From positions 928,001-992,000 of the forward strand of contig CAVSNY010000007.1 of assembly GCA_963729605.1 (NCBI GenBank): DNA of 64,000 bases, written 5' to 3'. Position numbers and translations under genes: made by a program. Each line of letters starts with the position of its first letter. Position 1 is the first letter of the stretch. The stretch is from an uncultured Gammaproteobacteria bacterium (lineage in GTDB: Bacteria; Pseudomonadota; Gammaproteobacteria; DRLM01). This document shows, in pieces, positions 59,166 to 64,000 of the stretch. Under the pieces are notes generated by a model, which saw only the letters and a list, made by a program, of their open reading frames with translations, was not told the DNA's origin and searched no databases.

Positions 59166-59857
59166 TGGAGGCCATCGTCCTCGCCGGCGGGCTCGGCACC
59201 CGCCTCCGCAGCGCGGTACCCGACCTGCCCAAGCCCATGGCGCCCATTCGGGGCCGGCCGTTTTTGAGCCTGATCCTCGACGAACTGGACGGCGCCGGTT
59301 TCACCGCCGCGATCCTGGCCGTCGGCTACCGCCACGAAGCCATACACGCCCACTTCGGCGAGCGTTACAAAAATTTAGACCTGCGTTATTCAGTGGAACA
59401 GGAGCCGCTCGGCACCGGCGGGGCCATGCGTCTCGCCTGGCCGTTGAGCACGAGTTCGCCGCTGTTCGTGCTCAACGGCGACACCTTCCTCGCGCTCGAT
59501 TATCGCGCCATGCTGGCCGCCCATCGGCGTGCGGGCGCTCAGCTCAGCATGGCGGTGTGCGCGGTGGCGGACGTGAGCCGCTACGGCGCGCTGGAACTCG
59601 CGGGCGACAGCGTGCGCGGTTTTCGCGAAAAGGGGCCGGGCGGGCCGGGCTGGATCAATGGCGGGGTCTATGTGATGGGACCTGCTCTGCGTGAACGTAT
59701 GCCGGCGGCGGGTGGTTTTTCCTTCGAGCAGGATTTGCTGGTGCCCCATGTGCGGGACCTGCGCCCGCTCGCCTTCCGTACCGAGGGTCTGTTCATCGAC
59801 ATCGGCGTGCCCGACGATTACGCGCGGGCGCAGACGCTTTTTCCCGCGGCACCCTGA
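59165..59857 (+). CDS. hddC: D-glycero-alpha-D-manno-heptose 1-phosphate guanylyltransferase
   Basis: LAGGLGTRL..PKPMA, EPLGTGGA, NGDT, INGGVY, FIDIGVPDDY; adjacent to hddA and gmhA. Confidence 0.85.
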   Translation: MEAIVLAGGLGTRLRSAVPDLPKPMAPIRGRPFLSLILDELDGAGFTAAILAVGYRHEAIHAHFGERYKNLDLRYSVEQEPLGTGGAMRLAWPLSTSSPLFVLNGDTFLALDYRAMLAAHRRAGAQLSMAVCAVADVSRYGALELAGDSVRGFREKGPGGPGWINGGVYVMGPALRERMPAAGGFSFEQDLLVPHVRDLRPLAFRTEGLFIDIGVPDDYARAQTLFPAAP

Positions 59858-59888
59858 ACAAAGCCGTTTCTTTGCCGCGAGACGCGCC

Positions 59889-61073
59889 TCAGCCGCCCCG
59901 TTTGGCGAGTACCAGTTCGCGGATCGCCTCGGCCCGGTGTACGCAACTGAATTCCGCCTCGGCGCGCCGGCGCGCCGCCAGCCCCATGCGCCGGGCCTCG
60001 GCTTCATCGACCAGCAGCCGGGTCAGTGCCTGTTCGATCTCGTCCACGCGTTCACCCCGCACCTGCAAACCCGTGACGCCGTCCGCCACGGCCGAGCCCG
60101 TGCCGCCGGCCCGGCCGGCGATCGCCGGTTTTTCACAGGCGCCCGCCTCGAGATAGACCAGACCGAAACCTTCGGTATCGCCGCCGATGTCGCGGTTGGG
60201 CATGGCGAAGACGTCACAGGCGTTGTACCAGCGCGGCAAATCTTCGAGGCTGACGTGGCCGAGCAGGTGCACGCGCGCTTCGACGCCCAGTTTCCGGGCG
60301 AGTTCTTTGAGATAGTCCCAGTCTTCTCCGATGCCGATCAGCGCATAGTGGACGTCGAGCCCCTGGCGCAACAGCGCGGGCAGGGCCTTGATCGTGTGGT
60401 CGAACCCTTTGCGCCGCTGCAATCGGCCTACGGACAACACGAGCCTCTGGCCGGGGGCAAGGCCGAGCTGGGCGCGCAGGTCTTCGTGGGGGAGATTCGG
60501 CCGGAAGTGCTCCGCGTCGACCGTGGGATAGATCAGCGCGATGCGCGCGGGCGCCACGCCGATGAGCTCGACGAGCGTGGTGCGCGTGAATTCGCTGTTG
60601 GCGATCACCCAGTCGGCGCGCCGCAGCGCAAAACACATGGCCTGAAATTTTCGGCCGCGGCCCCAGCCGGTGAGTTCTTCGCCGTGGGCATAGATCAGCA
60701 CCGGCCGCCGCGTCAGGCGGCCCACCGCCCAGGCCACCAGGCCTTCGGGCAGGGCCCGGCCCGCGAGCAGGGCGTCGCTGCGCCGCGTGACGGCCAGTGT
60801 CAAGGATTTCAAAAAAAACTTGGCGTAGATCGCCAGGGATTCGGGCCGCAGCCAGGCTCGGCGCTTCAAATTGAGACGGTGTACGTCATTGGGGTGGGTG
60901 CGATCGACGTTCGCCGCGCCGGGCACGTCGGCGGTGACGATATGCACCTCCTTGCCGCCCAGGTGCCGGCAGTCCGCGTCGAAGGACACGGCCGTGCCGC
61001 CCTTGGTGGGCAGGAACAGTTCCGTGATCATGAGTAAACGCAGTGCTGGTGCCTTCCGCATATCTATATCCAC
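59889..61073 (-). CDS. GT4 glycosyltransferase
   Basis: F.P.KGG, YAHGEE, VGRL..RKG.D, EGFGLVYLEA. Confidence 0.9.
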   Translation of the reverse strand: MDIDMRKAPALRLLMITELFLPTKGGTAVSFDADCRHLGGKEVHIVTADVPGAANVDRTHPNDVHRLNLKRRAWLRPESLAIYAKFFLKSLTLAVTRRSDALLAGRALPEGLVAWAVGRLTRRPVLIYAHGEELTGWGRGRKFQAMCFALRRADWVIANSEFTRTTLVELIGVAPARIALIYPTVDAEHFRPNLPHEDLRAQLGLAPGQRLVLSVGRLQRRKGFDHTIKALPALLRQGLDVHYALIGIGEDWDYLKELARKLGVEARVHLLGHVSLEDLPRWYNACDVFAMPNRDIGGDTEGFGLVYLEAGACEKPAIAGRAGGTGSAVADGVTGLQVRGERVDEIEQALTRLLVDEAEARRMGLAARRRAEAEFSCVHRAEAIRELVLAKRGG

Positions 61074-61203
61074 TTGGCCGGTTCTTGAGGGCGGGGTATG
61101 TTATAGCGTAGTCCCGACAGCAGTCCATATCGGCAGCGCGGCGTGACGGAATAGAATAATCATCTCCGGGGCGCCTCTTGTGATGGGCGGCGGAGAGAAA
61201 AAC

Positions 61204-62007
61204 ATGAATTCCAGTGGCGTGTTGGACGAACTGGTGCGGAAAAGAAACCTGCACTGGCGATTGAAAAAGGGCCTACGGCAACTCGGCCGCCTGCAAGGGA
61301 CCTTGTACCGGAATATCGACCCCGTCTTGCCACCGGGCAGGACCATAATCTTTTGCACGTCCTATATCAACGATGTGGAACGTTATCGGCGCTGGATCGA
61401 TCACACCCATCCCCGCCGCGAGGCCTTCGGCGCCGAGCAGGTGTTCCTCATCAACGACGGCAGCGAGCATGCGGATTTCGACGCGAGGATCGCCGTGCTT
61501 GACGGGCAGGCCGCGCTGTCCGAGCGGCTGCCGGGTGATCTGGTGATGGTCACCTTCGCCGAGCGCCTGGGGCGGATCTCCGTGTTCTGTTATCCGGGCT
61601 GGTGGCGCAGTTTCACCTTTTCGGTCAGGCTCGCGCGGCACTATGGGTTCGACAAGATCATTCATATCGAATCCGACGCCTATGTCTGCAGCCGCCGGCT
61701 CGCCGACTACATCCGCCGCGTCAACCGGGGATGGACGGCGCTGTGGTCGAAACACTACGGTTTCCCGGAGACGGCCATCCAGATCATCTGCCGCGACGCC
61801 TTTCCGGCCCTGGAGGACTACGCCGATCGCGGCACCCGGTTTTTTTTCGAGAGTGAACGGGCCGCGGAGTATCTGCTGCCTTTCGACAAGATCGAAGCCC
61901 GTTTCCATGGCGAGCGCTGCGGTGTGCTCGATCGTCAGGCCGGCTGGCGGGGCTATGATTACCTCGCCCAGGTGACGCCGAGCTGGGAGTTGCATCCCGA
62001 TTTCTGA
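61204..62007 (+). CDS. Hypothetical protein, possibly GT-A-like
   Basis: LINDGS, YPGWWRSF, IIHIESDAY; sits among glycosyltransferases. Start could be upstream at 61180/61183. Confidence 0.55.
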   Translation: MNSSGVLDELVRKRNLHWRLKKGLRQLGRLQGTLYRNIDPVLPPGRTIIFCTSYINDVERYRRWIDHTHPRREAFGAEQVFLINDGSEHADFDARIAVLDGQAALSERLPGDLVMVTFAERLGRISVFCYPGWWRSFTFSVRLARHYGFDKIIHIESDAYVCSRRLADYIRRVNRGWTALWSKHYGFPETAIQIICRDAFPALEDYADRGTRFFFESERAAEYLLPFDKIEARFHGERCGVLDRQAGWRGYDYLAQVTPSWELHPDF

Positions 62008-62180
62008 GCCCCGCGAGCGAGATCATCGCCTCCTGTGGCATAGTCAGGCATCATGCCTTCACGACCCATTCCGATACATCTGTTTATGACGCCGATCGCC
62101 GTTCACACTTTCATCGCTCCGTCCGCCCGCGGTTCGATATACCTCGAACCCGGCCGCGCCGAAGCCAAAAGGGCGGCACC

Positions 62181-63104
62181 GTGAGCCCGACTTTTTCGGT
62201 CATCATCGCCGTCTACAATGGCGCCGCGACCATCGCCCGCGCCATCGACTCGGTGCTGGCGCAGAGCCATGCTCCGCTCGAGCTGATCGTGGTGGACGAC
62301 GGCTCCGGCGATACTACGGCGGAGGTCGTGCGCGGCTACGGCGAGCGCGTCCGCTATCTGCATCAGCAGAACGCCGGCGTGTCGGCCGCGCGCAATGCCG
62401 GGGTCCGGGCCGCGCGCGGCGAGTGGCTGGCCTTTCTCGACGCGGACGATTGGTATTATCCGGATCGCCTGCGTTGGCATGCTTCATTTTTAGTCCGCGA
62501 TCCGTCGCTGGATTTTCTGACCGGCGATTTCGACTATGTGGGCGCGGACGGCGTCTTCATCCGCCGTTGCATGGAGAAAACCGAGGCGGGCCGTTTATTG
62601 TTGCGCAAGGCCGCCGGCGCCCGCGAGGTCATTATGGAGGGAGAGGACTTCGCGCCCTTCGTGGCCCAGCACTTCGGCGACACCCACACCCTGAGCCTGC
62701 CGCGCAAGACCTTCTTGGAACTGGGCGGTTATCCGGTCGGCATCGCGGTGTGCGAGGACGTGAACCTGCTGATTCGCCTCTGCGCGCGCAGCCGCCGCGC
62801 GGGGGTGATCTGCGAGCCCATGGCCGCCTATTACATCCATGACCAGAGCGCCACCCGCGGCGATCCGCTGCGGGCCCAGCGTCAGACTCTCCAGGCCTTG
62901 CTGCCGTTGGTGGATCAGTTGGCCGATCATGATGTGGTGAGGCGCGGTCTGCGCGGTGCGATACGCCATGCGCGCCTGGATCTGGCTTATACCTTGTCGC
63001 GGCAGGGGCAGCGCGGCGCGGCCTTGCAGGCGGTGTTGCCGCTGTTATTGACGGACCCGGGTCTCAGGAGCGCGCGCGACGTCTTGTCCATTGTGCGAGG
63101 ATAA
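62181..63104 (+). CDS. GT2 glycosyltransferase
   Basis: FSVIIAVYN, VVDDGS.D, NAGVSAARN.G, FLDADD, CED. Confidence 0.92.
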   Translation: MSPTFSVIIAVYNGAATIARAIDSVLAQSHAPLELIVVDDGSGDTTAEVVRGYGERVRYLHQQNAGVSAARNAGVRAARGEWLAFLDADDWYYPDRLRWHASFLVRDPSLDFLTGDFDYVGADGVFIRRCMEKTEAGRLLLRKAAGAREVIMEGEDFAPFVAQHFGDTHTLSLPRKTFLELGGYPVGIAVCEDVNLLIRLCARSRRAGVICEPMAAYYIHDQSATRGDPLRAQRQTLQALLPLVDQLADHDVVRRGLRGAIRHARLDLAYTLSRQGQRGAALQAVLPLLLTDPGLRSARDVLSIVRG

Positions 63105-63219
63105 ACCGAGGTGGGCGCTGTTATAATGCGGCGCGGCTTTTTCCGGGAACGGCGACGGCCGGACTGCGATGTCGAAGCTTGCTTGGTCGCTGCCGGTGAG
63201 GAATGAATAAATAGCGGAT

Positions 63220-63840
63220 ATGACTATGAATGTGAATATCAAAAGCGAGCGGCGGGCAAGGCGGAATCTCCGGCCCATGTTGTACATCGGCGTCTTTGCG
63301 CTGGTGGTTCAAGGCGCCTCCGCGGAAGAGGGCTTTTATCCGAATTCTCAAGAAATGGCGCTGTTGCCCCCCTATTGCAAAGAGAAGATCGAGAAGAAAG
63401 ACTTGGCGCTCAACCGCCAGTGGGAGTCCCGCCTCGGATCTGAATATTGGTTGCACCTGCATCACTATTGCGCCGGCTTGAACTTTTTAAATCGCGCCAA
63501 TCGCACCTTCGGCGATGAACCGACCAGGCGACATTATTTGAAAAACGCGGAGAGTAATATGCAATACATGCTTGACCGCTCCGAGGGTTTCTTTCTCAAA
63601 CCGGAAATCATGACCCAAATAGGCAGGGTCCAGCAGGAATTGGGCAATTCCTCGCAGGCGGCGCAGTCTTTCCAGGGGGCGATCACCTTGAAGCCCGATT
63701 ACGCCCCCGCCTACGCGGCGCTGGCGGATTTGTACAAAAAAATGGGTGATCGCGCCAAGGCGGTGGAGGTATTGACTCAAGGCATTGAGCGGTCGCCGGG
63801 TACACGTTCCTTGCTGCGGCGTTTGAAGGAACTTCAATAG
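63220..63840 (+). CDS. Secreted TPR protein
   Basis: Signal-like hydrophobic stretch, LPPYC...HLHHYC, C-terminal TPRs (AITLKPDYAPAYAALADLY). Confidence 0.75.
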   Translation: MTMNVNIKSERRARRNLRPMLYIGVFALVVQGASAEEGFYPNSQEMALLPPYCKEKIEKKDLALNRQWESRLGSEYWLHLHHYCAGLNFLNRANRTFGDEPTRRHYLKNAESNMQYMLDRSEGFFLKPEIMTQIGRVQQELGNSSQAAQSFQGAITLKPDYAPAYAALADLYKKMGDRAKAVEVLTQGIERSPGTRSLLRRLKELQ

Positions 63841-64000
63841 AACCTATCTCAAAATTGGCATATAGGCTTCAAGCCGGTTAACCGTTTGCGCTCCATATCA
63901 GTATTTCTCGCGAAATAATCAATGTTCATAGGCGTCATAGGGGACGAATACTCTTAAAATCAATTTTGAGATAAGTTCTAGAATCGATCTCAAAATCGGC

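Overview
This is a GC-rich proteobacterial window with three parts. (1) 1-~11.3 kb is the right arm of a Tn4371-family integrative conjugative element: traG/virD4, a CopG-type RHH gene, trbBCDEJLFGI and DUF2274. It has many frameshifts and no trbK. (2) 11.5-31.3 kb is an accessory module attached to the PEP-CTERM locus. It encodes a membrane-anchored hexapeptide acyltransferase, a GT1-type glycosyltransferase, PrsT, and a ~1,240-aa secreted protein. That protein has six SdrD-B repeats, a (GGGGSY)n insert, a KYY C-terminus and a sigma-54/enhancer promoter, but no PEP-CTERM tail. The module also has a Lol-like trans-envelope exporter (two permeases, ATPase, LolA-like protein, SPOR-fused outer-membrane barrel) and a divergent ThiF-nitroreductase / N-acyl amino acid synthase pair resembling OxzB/OxzA. 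(3) 31.7-63.8 kb is an exosortase A (XrtA)/PEP-CTERM exopolysaccharide and protein-glycosylation cluster with amidotransferases, sulfotransferases and a GDP-heptose pathway. No rRNA, tRNA or CRISPR array was seen. All family assignments come from recognising motifs and gene order by eye; no HMM or BLAST search was run.
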